Of a DNA stretch of 37,985 nt, positions 9,717-17,883 are shown piece by piece (positions within the stretch are counted from its first letter, which is position 1; every line of letters begins with the position of its first letter). The stretch spans positions 1 through 37,985 of IMG/VR virus record IMGVR_UViG_3300044878_000229; one strand, written 5' to 3'. The translations under genes and the position numbers were made by a program. This DNA is from a virus (taxonomy: Duplodnaviria; Caudoviricetes). The notes beneath the pieces are model-generated. The model was not told where the DNA came from, did not search any database, and saw only the letters and a list, made by a program, of their open reading frames with translations.

Positions 9717-9959
9717 ATGACCGACCGTATTGATAGGCTTGAAGCGCAACTGAATGCCCTGGCGCAGGGTTGGTTGCGTCTTGCCGCTGCTCTTGAAGTA
9801 GGAGGAGTCGTTGCTCCTGGTCAAATTGATCATTCGCTGCAAACTGCTCGCTGGCCTGGACAGCCGTTTGAGGCTGAGGCAATGAAGACAGTTGAGTGGT
9901 TGTGCGATCAGTTAGCTCAGGCGCGAGACGTTCGCCAATCGCTGGAGCTGCATGATTGA
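9717..9959 (+). CDS. Small helical protein encoded antisense inside the early operon
   Basis: AGGA 8 nt before ATG; protein-like amphipathic sequence DRIDRLEAQLNALAQGWLRLAAALE. Confidence 0.6.
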   Translation: MTDRIDRLEAQLNALAQGWLRLAAALEVGGVVAPGQIDHSLQTARWPGQPFEAEAMKTVEWLCDQLAQARDVRQSLELHD

Positions 9960-9995
9960 AACCGAAGCAGTCAGTGCGTAGCTGTAAGGCTTTCA

Positions 9996-10208
9996 TCATG
10001 CTGCCAACGCTACGGAAGGCTTGAGACCAAGCTTCACAGCAATATCATGGGCTTTGCCGTAATGGGCTTTGGCCTGGCCATTGAGGACGCGGTACACCTC
10101 GTTGCGGGTGTAGTCGTTTTCGATAGCCCATTGAGTGATCGTTTTGCCGGCGCGACGAAAGTTTTCTTTCACCTGATCGGCGGTTAGGGCTTTGGCATGG
10201 GTGGCCAT
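9996..10208 (-). CDS. Ner/Cro-like DNA-binding protein (BcepMu gp16 family)
   Basis: LTADQVK..F...GKTITQWA..N.Y....VYRVLNG......GKAHDIAVKLGLK; first gene divergent from the repressor. Confidence 0.87.
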   Translation of the reverse strand: MATHAKALTADQVKENFRRAGKTITQWAIENDYTRNEVYRVLNGQAKAHYGKAHDIAVKLGLKPSVALAA

Positions 10209-10254
10209 GGTGGTGGCTCCTGTGATGCAAAGATAATAGGTTTGTGTGCGAATG

Positions 10255-10283
10255 ATTATGTGATCTATAGATCACGTCGTCAA
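10255..10283 (-). promoter_or_regulatory. Early leftward sigma70 promoter
   Basis: TTGACG (10283-10278), 17-nt spacer, CATAAT (10260-10255), upstream of the ner-like gene. Confidence 0.75.
10260..10275. promoter_or_regulatory. Operator palindrome GTGATCTATAGATCAC
   Basis: Perfect 16-bp palindrome in the promoter spacer; related copies at 10293-10308 (13/16) and 10222-10237 (11/16). Confidence 0.75.
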
Positions 10284-10292
10284 GGATATTAT

Positions 10293-10712
10293 GTGACGGA
10301 TAGATCACCTTTTTTGCGTCTCAAAGAAGAGCGGAAGCGACTCAAGCTCACTCAAGCGGCTGCGGGAGCTTTGGGAGGGGTAACCCGAGAGACCTGGAGT
10401 CGATATGAGGGGGGGTCGGTGTCGCCAGGTATGGAAGTGCTGGAAGCCTTCGCCTTAGCTGGCGCAGATGTTCAATACGTTTTGACTGGGCTGCGTGGAT
10501 CGATTCCTCCAACCACAAGGGAAAGATTGTTCCTGGAGCAATTCAGGCGCAGTACCGAATCCCAGCAAGACGATGCGCTACGAGCACTTCTCGGTGGGCA
10601 AATACCTGCAAATGCGCAGCACACTTTTCAGGAGGTTGGTCAGTACATCCACGGATCAGTCAATCAGTCGGGCCTGACACTTAATGTCGGTGGCAGCAAA
10701 GGGAAGAAGTGA
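10293..10712 (+). CDS. Phage repressor (XRE HTH) with a G/N/Q-rich C-terminal tail and no S24 peptidase domain
   Basis: RLKEERKRLKLTQ...GVTRETWSRYEGG..SPG...ADVQYVLTG; GTG start 6 nt after AAGGA. Confidence 0.88.
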   Translation: MTDRSPFLRLKEERKRLKLTQAAAGALGGVTRETWSRYEGGSVSPGMEVLEAFALAGADVQYVLTGLRGSIPPTTRERLFLEQFRRSTESQQDDALRALLGGQIPANAQHTFQEVGQYIHGSVNQSGLTLNVGGSKGKK

Positions 10713-10714
10713 CC

Positions 10715-11305
10715 ATGAGCCAAGATTTTCATGGTGGTGTAGGCCAAGCGGCTACGGGCGACATCAACAATTACGGCATCAACATCAATCTGACAGACAA
10801 AGCTGAGACGCGGGGGCTGGTATCAGCTCAGCGAAAAGAGTTGCACCAGCTGCGAGTGAAGTGCGAGGAACTTGGTGATGATCCGCGTGACGTCTGGCGT
10901 CGAGTTCATGCTCATCTCGGAGTTACTTCGATTAGTGAAATCACCACAGAGCAGTTCGCAGATGCACGAGGCGTGCTGCAAGCTAGGTTAGAGTTTCTTC
11001 AGGAAGAGGCTGATAAGCGTCGATTGGTTGGCAAGGTCTTGCGGGCCGTGGCTGAAAAAGATGCCAAAGCTGAGTTGAACAATTTCTGCGAGTTAACCTT
11101 CGGTCGCACTCAACTCAACAACCTTCAGAAGCCTCAGCTCCAAAAGACTTTAGAGTTTGTGCTGAGCTTTAAGTCGGACGTACAAAGCGTGCCTCTAGCC
11201 TCCGAACCTGGTTTGCTGACATTCCGGGAGTTTGTGATGTTGAATAAGCAGAACGCTGCCGGATTGTTTTGTCTGGGGCTGCTTGTGGGGTGGATTTTGT
11301 TCTAG
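10715..11305 (+). CDS. Membrane-anchored accessory protein: N-terminal motif shared with the repressor tail, two helical repeats, C-terminal TM segment
   Basis: Starts 2 nt after the repressor stop; ends AAGLFCLGLLVGWILF. Confidence 0.8.
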   Translation: MSQDFHGGVGQAATGDINNYGININLTDKAETRGLVSAQRKELHQLRVKCEELGDDPRDVWRRVHAHLGVTSISEITTEQFADARGVLQARLEFLQEEADKRRLVGKVLRAVAEKDAKAELNNFCELTFGRTQLNNLQKPQLQKTLEFVLSFKSDVQSVPLASEPGLLTFREFVMLNKQNAAGLFCLGLLVGWILF

Positions 11306-11356
11306 TTGAAAAACGCGTATTTGAACGCTTCGAACTCTTAAATAGGGAGATTACCT

Positions 11357-11773
11357 TTGAAAGTTATACTTTTTATTCTGGCTTCACTTTGCTCTATGGC
11401 AGCAAGTGCGGAGTCCATTGCCGAAAAGCTCACTACATTGAGCCTAGATAGAACGGTCAAAAGTAGCTCTCCAGAGGTGGCACGCACACAAGCAGCCCTC
11501 ACAAGAGGGCTAACCGTATGCAATGTCGAAAATGAGGAAAAGCTCGCCAACATCGCATGGTTCATCACAAAGAAAATTCGCGCTGAAGGTCACTATGCAG
11601 AGGCTACGGATGTAATCGAAGGAGCCAATGCTGTGCTTCTTGGCGCCAAAGCCAAACAGGATTGCGCTGAACTGCTGTCTTTGTATGCGGTGAATCGTAT
11701 TCAAGGAAGCACGCACTCGGATGCAGTCGCTGGTGGCCGGGGACTCTACCGCTCAACTGGTGTAATTAACTGA
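11357..11773 (+). CDS. Secreted/periplasmic hypothetical protein
   Basis: TTG start after GGGAG; signal peptide MKVILFILASLCSMAASA; two Cys in the mature part. Confidence 0.78.
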   Translation: MKVILFILASLCSMAASAESIAEKLTTLSLDRTVKSSSPEVARTQAALTRGLTVCNVENEEKLANIAWFITKKIRAEGHYAEATDVIEGANAVLLGAKAKQDCAELLSLYAVNRIQGSTHSDAVAGGRGLYRSTGVIN

Positions 11774-11800
11774 GCAAGTAGAGCAGTTGTAAGTAGCGAT

Positions 11801-11847
11801 CTCTTTAAACTCGATTAAAAGCCCTCCTGTACCACGCCGCCCATCAT
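11801..11847 (+). promoter_or_regulatory. Late promoter 1 (lysis/packaging operon)
   Basis: CTCTTTAAACTCGATTAAAAG, 20-nt spacer, CATCAT. Confidence 0.82.
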
Positions 11848-11904
11848 GGCGGCGTGTGTATTTCTGGCGTCCGAAACTGGCGGCGCCATTACAGGAGGCG
11901 TCCC

Positions 11905-12402
11905 ATGCGACCCGAATCCCCTCGCGGTATCCGCAACTTCAACCCCGGCAACATCCGCCACGCCAAAGGTGTGCGCTGGCAAGGCATGGCCGCTGCTCAG
12001 TCCGATACCAACTTCGTTCAGTTCAACGGCCCGCGCTGGGGTATTCGAGCCATTGCCCGCGTACTCATCACTTACCAGGACAAACGTCTGGCCGCTGATG
12101 GCAGTCGAATCGACAGCGTGCGCGAGATCATCGAACGCTGGGCTCCAGCCTCCGAAAACAATACCGATGCCTATACGCTCACCGTGGCCCGCGCCCTTGG
12201 CATTGATCCTGATTACCAGGGGCTGGACGTTTATAACTTCGACACGATGCGAGCCTTGGTACTGGCGATCATTCGTCACGAAAATGGCCTGGGTCCATTG
12301 CCTGGTGGTCAGTGGTACGGCGAGTCGGTTGTTGTCGATGGCTTGGCCCTGGCCGGCGTTGAGCGAGGTGTTCAGCACGGCAAGGGTGAGGTGCCAGCAT
12401 GA
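11905..12402 (+). CDS. Putative endolysin (PRGIRNxNPGNI family)
   Basis: PRGIRNFNPGNIR, IIERWAPASENNT.AY, AIIRHENG motifs; AGGAGG ribosome site; first gene of the lysis cassette. Confidence 0.8.
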   Translation: MRPESPRGIRNFNPGNIRHAKGVRWQGMAAAQSDTNFVQFNGPRWGIRAIARVLITYQDKRLAADGSRIDSVREIIERWAPASENNTDAYTLTVARALGIDPDYQGLDVYNFDTMRALVLAIIRHENGLGPLPGGQWYGESVVVDGLALAGVERGVQHGKGEVPA

Positions 12403-12617
12403 AGCTGATCTGTGGCTGGCGCTGCTGTTACAAACTGTACAGCGTCCAACTTGGCGCGTTGATCGCGTTGTTTGGCTTCGCTCAACTTGAGCTGTTGCCG
12501 TTGTGGCAGGCACAGCTTTCCCCGAGGGCCTACGCCGCGTTCAACAGCGGTCTAGGATTGCTGCTCTTCGTCGCTCGCCTGATCAAACAAGGCCCTGATC
12601 AGGAGGTTCAGTCATGA
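12399..12617 (+). CDS. Putative holin
   Basis: 72 aa, two hydrophobic segments ending VARLIKQ; adjacent to the endolysin. Confidence 0.72.
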   Translation: MKLICGWRCCYKLYSVQLGALIALFGFAQLELLPLWQAQLSPRAYAAFNSGLGLLLFVARLIKQGPDQEVQS

Positions 12618-12826
12618 GATTGAACCTGTTCGGTCGAGGGTTCGCCGCACTGATGGCGGGCTTGTTTGGGGCCTGGCGCTGGACCATCCCCAGTACTGCA
12701 GCTGGCACGTGGGTCAAGCCCAACGCTGTCCGTCTTAACCGTCACGGCAAGACCGGTATCGCAGCGGCAAAACGTCGTGCGCGTAAATCCCGCAACCGTA
12801 TGAGGCATCAGCATGGGCGTGCTTGA
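12614..12826 (+). CDS. Small basic hypothetical protein in the lysis cassette
   Basis: AGGAGG ribosome site, ATGA coupling; hydrophobic N-terminus, Arg-rich C-terminus. Confidence 0.6.
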   Translation: MRLNLFGRGFAALMAGLFGAWRWTIPSTAAGTWVKPNAVRLNRHGKTGIAAAKRRARKSRNRMRHQHGRA

Positions 12827-13415
12827 TCGGTTGCCGTCAGGGTTGGCGGTCGCCGCGCTGGCCTGCGTGATCAGTGCGGCAGCGGCCGGTTCAATCGCCT
12901 ATGGCTTCGGCTTTCGGTACGCCCAAGCGCTGAGCAAGTCCGAGCTGGAATCCCTCAAAACCAATCATGCGGAACAGGCGCTCGCCGCCGAGTCCGCCAA
13001 TCGTGTGCAACTCCTGCAGCAAGTCACCCGTGCCACCGAAGCCGAGGCCCTGCTGTTCGACGCCTTCGATCGTTTTACAGAAGAAAAACGCCAGCTCCAG
13101 GAGCGCATTCCCCATGTCACGACCCAATACATTGCAGCGCCTGGCGCTGCTCCTAAGCCTATCCCTCGTTGCGTGTTCACTGCTGGCTGGTTGCGCGACT
13201 ACAACACCGCCCTCGGTGTGCCCACCTCAGGACCAGGCACCGCTACCACGCCTTCTGAAAAAGCGGCCTGGCCCGCCACCGGCACTGACGCCGAACTACT
13301 GGAAAGCGGCGTCACTCCGGCCGACATTCTTGCCCATGCCCAGGAGTACGGCATGTGGGCCAGATCCAACCTGGCCCAACTCAATGCCCTGCTTGATCTC
13401 CACGAAAAGGACTGA
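12813..13415 (+). CDS. Inner-membrane spanin (Rz-like)
   Basis: N-terminal TM, coiled coil, CVFTAGWLRDYN motif; contains an out-of-frame lipoprotein ORF. Confidence 0.8.
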   Translation: MGVLDRLPSGLAVAALACVISAAAAGSIAYGFGFRYAQALSKSELESLKTNHAEQALAAESANRVQLLQQVTRATEAEALLFDAFDRFTEEKRQLQERIPHVTTQYIAAPGAAPKPIPRCVFTAGWLRDYNTALGVPTSGPGTATTPSEKAAWPATGTDAELLESGVTPADILAHAQEYGMWARSNLAQLNALLDLHEKD

Positions 13416-13431
13416 CGCCCTATGGATGTAG
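13114..13431 (+). CDS. Outer-membrane spanin lipoprotein (Rz1-like), almost entirely nested in the +1 frame
   Basis: CAGGAG ribosome site; MSRPNTLQRLALLLSLSLVACSLLAGC lipobox followed by a Pro-rich mature region. Confidence 0.72.
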   Translation: MSRPNTLQRLALLLSLSLVACSLLAGCATTTPPSVCPPQDQAPLPRLLKKRPGPPPALTPNYWKAASLRPTFLPMPRSTACGPDPTWPNSMPCLISTKRTDALWM

Positions 13432-13643
13432 CTGAACACGCTACAGAAGAAGACGACATCGAAGAGGCCGTAGTGCGAGTCCGTCATAGCGGATTGCAGC
13501 GGCGCTCAGGCCGCTCGGCCTACCGCTGCGAGGAATGCGGTGATGCCATACCCGAAGATCGTCGCCAGGCAGAGCCTGGTACCGAACATTGTTTTGATTG
13601 CATAGACGGCTTTGAACACTTGGCCACGCGGGGTTTTGAATGA
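13422..13643 (+). CDS. TraR/DksA-type C4 zinc-finger protein
   Basis: CEECGDAIPEDRRQAEPGTEHCFDC. Confidence 0.85.
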   Translation: MDVAEHATEEDDIEEAVVRVRHSGLQRRSGRSAYRCEECGDAIPEDRRQAEPGTEHCFDCIDGFEHLATRGFE

Positions 13644-13945
13644 ACTTGAACGAACTCAACTTCGGTTTCCAAACCGTGCAGTGGTTGATCCTCACGGTCC
13701 TTGGCTTCTACACATGGCTGACCAAACGTCAGGCCGCCAGCGCTCAGGAGCTGCTGGAACTGCGCACCCGCATCGTCGCCCTGGAAGAACACGTCCGTCA
13801 CCTTCCAGACCAGACGGCTGTCACCGATCTGCTGGGTGACATGAAAGCCGTACGCGCTGAACTGTCGGGGGTCAAGGAGGCGCTTGGCCCTTTAGCCCGT
13901 TCGCTGGACCGGATCAATGATTACTTGTTGCGAGAAAAAGCATGA
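13640..13945 (+). CDS. DUF2730-family membrane-anchored coiled-coil protein (Mu gp25-like)
   Basis: N-terminal TM, RIVALEEHVRHLPD motif, synteny. Confidence 0.75.
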   Translation: MNLNELNFGFQTVQWLILTVLGFYTWLTKRQAASAQELLELRTRIVALEEHVRHLPDQTAVTDLLGDMKAVRAELSGVKEALGPLARSLDRINDYLLREKA

Positions 13946-14235
13946 CTCAATACGCCGACTTTCTGCGCCAGGATATCCGCCTGGTGATCCTGCGCCTGCT
14001 GGTCGAGATGACGGCTTATCGTGCCAACAGCTCAGTGCTGACCATGGCACTCGATAGCTATGGCCACACCCTCAGCCGTGACCAGGTGAAAACCGAACTG
14101 CATTGGCTGGCAGAGCAAGGCGCTCTGACTGTTGCCGATGTCGGCCCGGTGCTGGTGGCCACGCTCACTGAGCGCGGCCAAGACATTGCTGCAGGACGTG
14201 CTCGCGTTCCTGGTATCAAGCGGCCGGGAGCATAA
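13942..14235 (+). CDS. Mu gp26-like winged-helix protein
   Basis: RLVILRLL, SRDQVKTELHWLAEQG, LTERGQDIAAGRARVPGIKRP. Confidence 0.8.
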   Translation: MTQYADFLRQDIRLVILRLLVEMTAYRANSSVLTMALDSYGHTLSRDQVKTELHWLAEQGALTVADVGPVLVATLTERGQDIAAGRARVPGIKRPGA

Positions 14236-14237
14236 CC

Positions 14238-14789
14238 ATGGCGGGCAAGTCATCCATCAACCGCCTGCCGCCGATGGTCAAGGCGTACATCCAGAAGCTG
14301 TTGCGTGAAGATCGCATGACGCTGGATGACATGCTCGCCGATATCCAGGCGCGCTTCCCCAATGAGAAAGCCCCCAGTCGTAGCGCGCTGGGCCGCTTCA
14401 AAATGGGGTTCGATCTACTGACCGAGAAGGCCCGCCAGCATCGTGAGCAGGCGGAAGCGTTTGTTGGTGCGTTCGGTGAGGACTCCACCGACAAGACCGG
14501 CGCTTTGCTGGTCGAAGCCATATCGACCCTGGCTTACCAGGCGGCTATGGGGGCACATGAAAAGGATGAGGTGACCACCAAGGAGGTAGCCGAATTGGCG
14601 CGAGCGGCCAAGAACACCATGCAGGCTCGCACGTTGAGCATGAAGGAACGTCAAGCTGCAGAACAGGCCGGACGTGATCGCCTGCTCCAGGAACAAGCAG
14701 CTGAGCTGGATAGCGCCGTTAAGGCCAAGGGCATGACCGAAGACCAGGCCATGTTCTGGCGCCAGAAATTCCTGGGCGTGAAGCAATGA
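14238..14789 (+). CDS. Terminase small subunit (DUF3486 / Mu gp27-like)
   Basis: KSSINRLP, PSRSALGR motifs; directly upstream of the large subunit. Confidence 0.83.
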   Translation: MAGKSSINRLPPMVKAYIQKLLREDRMTLDDMLADIQARFPNEKAPSRSALGRFKMGFDLLTEKARQHREQAEAFVGAFGEDSTDKTGALLVEAISTLAYQAAMGAHEKDEVTTKEVAELARAAKNTMQARTLSMKERQAAEQAGRDRLLQEQAAELDSAVKAKGMTEDQAMFWRQKFLGVKQ

Positions 14790-16390
14790 AACCTTCATCC
14801 AGCACGCTGCGTGTCGTCGAGTGGGATGAGCTTCCACCGAGCGTTCGGGAAATTCCCGAAGGATACAACCCACTGATTGAAGGCATCTTGATGGCCCACC
14901 AGTCTGAATGGCTGGGCATTGATGCACAGATCAAGCTTTGTGAAAAAGGCCGACGTACCGGCATCACCTTCGCCGAGGCGTTGGACTCGGTCATCACCGC
15001 CGCTTCGCAAAAGGTCGCGGGCGGCATGGATTGCTTCTACATCGGCGACACCAAGGAAAAGGGCCTGGAGTTCATTGGCTACTGCGCCAAGTTCAGCCGA
15101 GTGATGGCCGAGGCTCAGGCGTCAGGTGTGAGCGAGATCGAGGAGTTTCTGTTCGACGACCAGGACGAAGCAGGCAATACCCGGCAGATCAACGCCTACC
15201 GTATCCGCTACGCCTCAGGTTTCAAGATCGTCGCGTTGTCCAGTAACCCGGCCGGCGTGCGTGGCTTGCAGGGCAAGGTCATCATCGACGAGGCCGCGTT
15301 CCACCGTGATGTTTCCGCCGTCCTCGATGCCGCCACGGCGCTGCTGATCTGGGGCGGTCGGATCGTCATCATCAGTACCCACAACGGCAAGGGCAACGCG
15401 TTTAACCAGATGGTCAACGACATCAGGGAGAAACGTTACGGCGACAGCGCCGAAGTCTATCGCGCCACCTTTGATGATGCCGTAGCCAATGGTTTGTTTG
15501 AGCGGGTGTGTTTCATGGCCGGCAAGGTGGCCACGGCGGAAGAAAAGGAAGCCTGGTACAAGAAGATCCGCAACGCCTACGGCCCACGCAAGGCGCAGAT
15601 GCGCGAAGAGCTGGACGCCATTCCCCGCGACGGCAACGGCGTATGCGTTCCTGGTGTGTGGATCGAGGACGCCATGCGCGCAAGTCGGACGGTGTTACGT
15701 CTCGCACTGGACGATGATTTTACGCTGCAATCGCTTGCCCGCCGTGAAGCTTATGTCGAGGACTGGATCGAGCGCTACCTCGCGCCATTGGTGCAGGCGC
15801 TGACGCCCGAGCTGCGGCACTACTTAGGTATGGACTACGCCCGTCACCGGGACTTTTCGGTCATCTGCCCGATGTCCGTCGACCAGGCTCGGCACCGCGA
15901 TGTGCCCTTCGTAGTGGAAATGCACAAGGTGCCCTACCGTCAACAGAAGCAGATCGTGCTTTACATCCTGCGCCGACTGCCGCGCTTTGTCGGGGCGGCT
16001 TTCGACGCCACCGGTAGCGGTGAAACCCTCGCCGAGGAAATAGCGGATGAACTTGGCCATGACCGTATTCAACAAGTGAAACTCAGTCGTGCCTGGTACG
16101 GCGCCTGGATGCCGAGGTTCATCCAGCTCTTTGAGGACGGCACGATCACCATCCCTCAGGATGATTCGCTGCAGCAAGACATTCGCTCGATTGAGATGGT
16201 CGAGGGTATTCCTCAGATTGTTAAAGCCCGCTCGCAAGACCTCAAAGACCCCGATCTCTACCGTCACGGCGACTTCGCAGGCGCTGGTTCATTGGCCAAC
16301 TTCGCAACACTGGAGAGCGATGCAGGACCGGTCTCCGTTAAATCCCGTCGCCCACGTCAGGGCGCCCGCATGACTCAGGGGTACGCATGA
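14786..16390 (+). CDS. terL: Terminase large subunit (Mu gp28-like)
   Basis: EKGRRTGIT, VIIDEAAF, ISTHNG and LGMDYAR motifs. Confidence 0.92.
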   Translation: MKPSSSTLRVVEWDELPPSVREIPEGYNPLIEGILMAHQSEWLGIDAQIKLCEKGRRTGITFAEALDSVITAASQKVAGGMDCFYIGDTKEKGLEFIGYCAKFSRVMAEAQASGVSEIEEFLFDDQDEAGNTRQINAYRIRYASGFKIVALSSNPAGVRGLQGKVIIDEAAFHRDVSAVLDAATALLIWGGRIVIISTHNGKGNAFNQMVNDIREKRYGDSAEVYRATFDDAVANGLFERVCFMAGKVATAEEKEAWYKKIRNAYGPRKAQMREELDAIPRDGNGVCVPGVWIEDAMRASRTVLRLALDDDFTLQSLARREAYVEDWIERYLAPLVQALTPELRHYLGMDYARHRDFSVICPMSVDQARHRDVPFVVEMHKVPYRQQKQIVLYILRRLPRFVGAAFDATGSGETLAEEIADELGHDRIQQVKLSRAWYGAWMPRFIQLFEDGTITIPQDDSLQQDIRSIEMVEGIPQIVKARSQDLKDPDLYRHGDFAGAGSLANFATLESDAGPVSVKSRRPRQGARMTQGYA

Positions 16391-17883
16391 AAAGTAAAGG
16401 TGTGTGGGTTACCCCCACAGAGTTCGTCAACTTCGCCGAGCCGAAGCGTGACAAGGGGCTGACCGACCATATTGCCAGCCGAGCCCGCAGCTTCGATGCG
16501 CAGGCACTCGGCATGTATCTGCCGAACCCCGACCCAATCCTCAAAGCCCAAGGCAAGGACATCACGGTCTATCGCGACCTGCGCAGCTCAGCTCTGGTCG
16601 GTGGCAACATCCGTCGCCGCAAATCGTCGGTGCTCGCCCTGGAGCGGGACCTGAAGCGAGATGATGCACCTGTTCGGGTGGAGCGTTTCATTCGTGATTG
16701 GCTGACCGACCTCGATCTTGATCGAATCATTCGCGAGATACTGGATGCACCCTTGTTCGGGTTTCAGCCCATCGAATTAATGTGGCGTCCTGTTGGGCTC
16801 AACCTTGTTCCTGAAGATCTGCTGGGCAAGCCTGCTGAGTGGTTCCTGTATGACCAGGACAACAACCTGCGCTTCCGTGCCCGCGATGCGGGCTTGACCG
16901 GTGAGCTGTGCAATCCGCAACGCTTTGTCGTGGCCCGCCAGGACGCGACTTACAACAACCCGTATGGCTTCGCTGATCTTTCCATGTGCTTCTGGCCAGT
17001 GATCTTCATGAAGGGCGGGCTGAAGTTCTGGGTTCAGTTCACCGAGAAGTACGGCTCACCCTGGGTAATCGGCAAACACCCGCGTGGTGCCAGTACGGGT
17101 GAAACCGATCTGCTGCTCGACAGCCTGGAGGCTATGGTCCAGGACGCTGTTGCCGCGATCCCGAATGACTCCAGCGTCGAGATTGTTGAAGCCGCTGGCA
17201 AGGCTGGCAGCGCCGAGGTCTACCGTGAGCTGCTGGTCTATTGCCGCAGTGAGATCAACGTTGGACTGCTTGGGCAGAACCAAACCACCGAGTCCAACAG
17301 CAACCGGGCCAGCGCAACAGCTGGCCTGGAAGTGCTCAAAGATATTCGTGACGGCGACAAAGGTATTGTTACGGCGACTATGAACGCGGTCATTCGCCGG
17401 GTCGTGGATCTCAACTTCGGCGAGAACGTTGCTGCTCCGGTGTATGAGCTGTGGGAACAGGAAGAGATCGACAAGACCCAGGCCGACCGCGACAAGGCGC
17501 TGACCGAGTCGGGAGTAAAGTTCACACCGCAGTACTGGAAGCGCACCTACAACCTGCAGGACGGTGACCTGGATGAAACGGCAGCACCGGCTCAATCATC
17601 GGAGTTTGCCGAGTCAACGTTGAAGCCGATCCTCGACCAGGTAGCGCTCGACCAGGTCATCAACAATCTGCCCGCCGAACTGCTCCAGGATCAGAGCGAA
17701 CAGATCATTGCTCCGGTGATCGAGGCGCTGTTGCGAGCGCGCTCCGATACCGAAGCCCTCGGCCTGCTGGCAGAAGCGTTCCCGCAAATGGATGACCAGG
17801 CGCTTCAGGAAGACCTCACGCGCCTGCTGTTCGTGGCCGACATCTGGGGCCGCTTGAATGCCAGCGCGGATCGGGAAGATTGA
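16387..17883 (+). CDS. Portal protein (DUF935 / Mu gp29-like)
   Basis: ILDAPLFGFQPIELMW, NPYG, FTEKYGSPW, LLGQNQTT motifs. Confidence 0.92.
   Translation: MKSKGVWVTPTEFVNFAEPKRDKGLTDHIASRARSFDAQALGMYLPNPDPILKAQGKDITVYRDLRSSALVGGNIRRRKSSVLALERDLKRDDAPVRVERFIRDWLTDLDLDRIIREILDAPLFGFQPIELMWRPVGLNLVPEDLLGKPAEWFLYDQDNNLRFRARDAGLTGELCNPQRFVVARQDATYNNPYGFADLSMCFWPVIFMKGGLKFWVQFTEKYGSPWVIGKHPRGASTGETDLLLDSLEAMVQDAVAAIPNDSSVEIVEAAGKAGSAEVYRELLVYCRSEINVGLLGQNQTTESNSNRASATAGLEVLKDIRDGDKGIVTATMNAVIRRVVDLNFGENVAAPVYELWEQEEIDKTQADRDKALTESGVKFTPQYWKRTYNLQDGDLDETAAPAQSSEFAESTLKPILDQVALDQVINNLPAELLQDQSEQIIAPVIEALLRARSDTEALGLLAEAFPQMDDQALQEDLTRLLFVADIWGRLNASADRED

Noticed and set aside
10259-10276. CRP/Vfr site (TGTGA...TCAC)
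   Set aside because: The half-site spacer is 8 bp rather than the canonical 6, and the position fits a phage operator better
11815-12513. Alternative-frame ORFs of 232 and 214 aa over the endolysin
   Set aside because: They overlap a well-supported gene and lack ribosome sites or motifs
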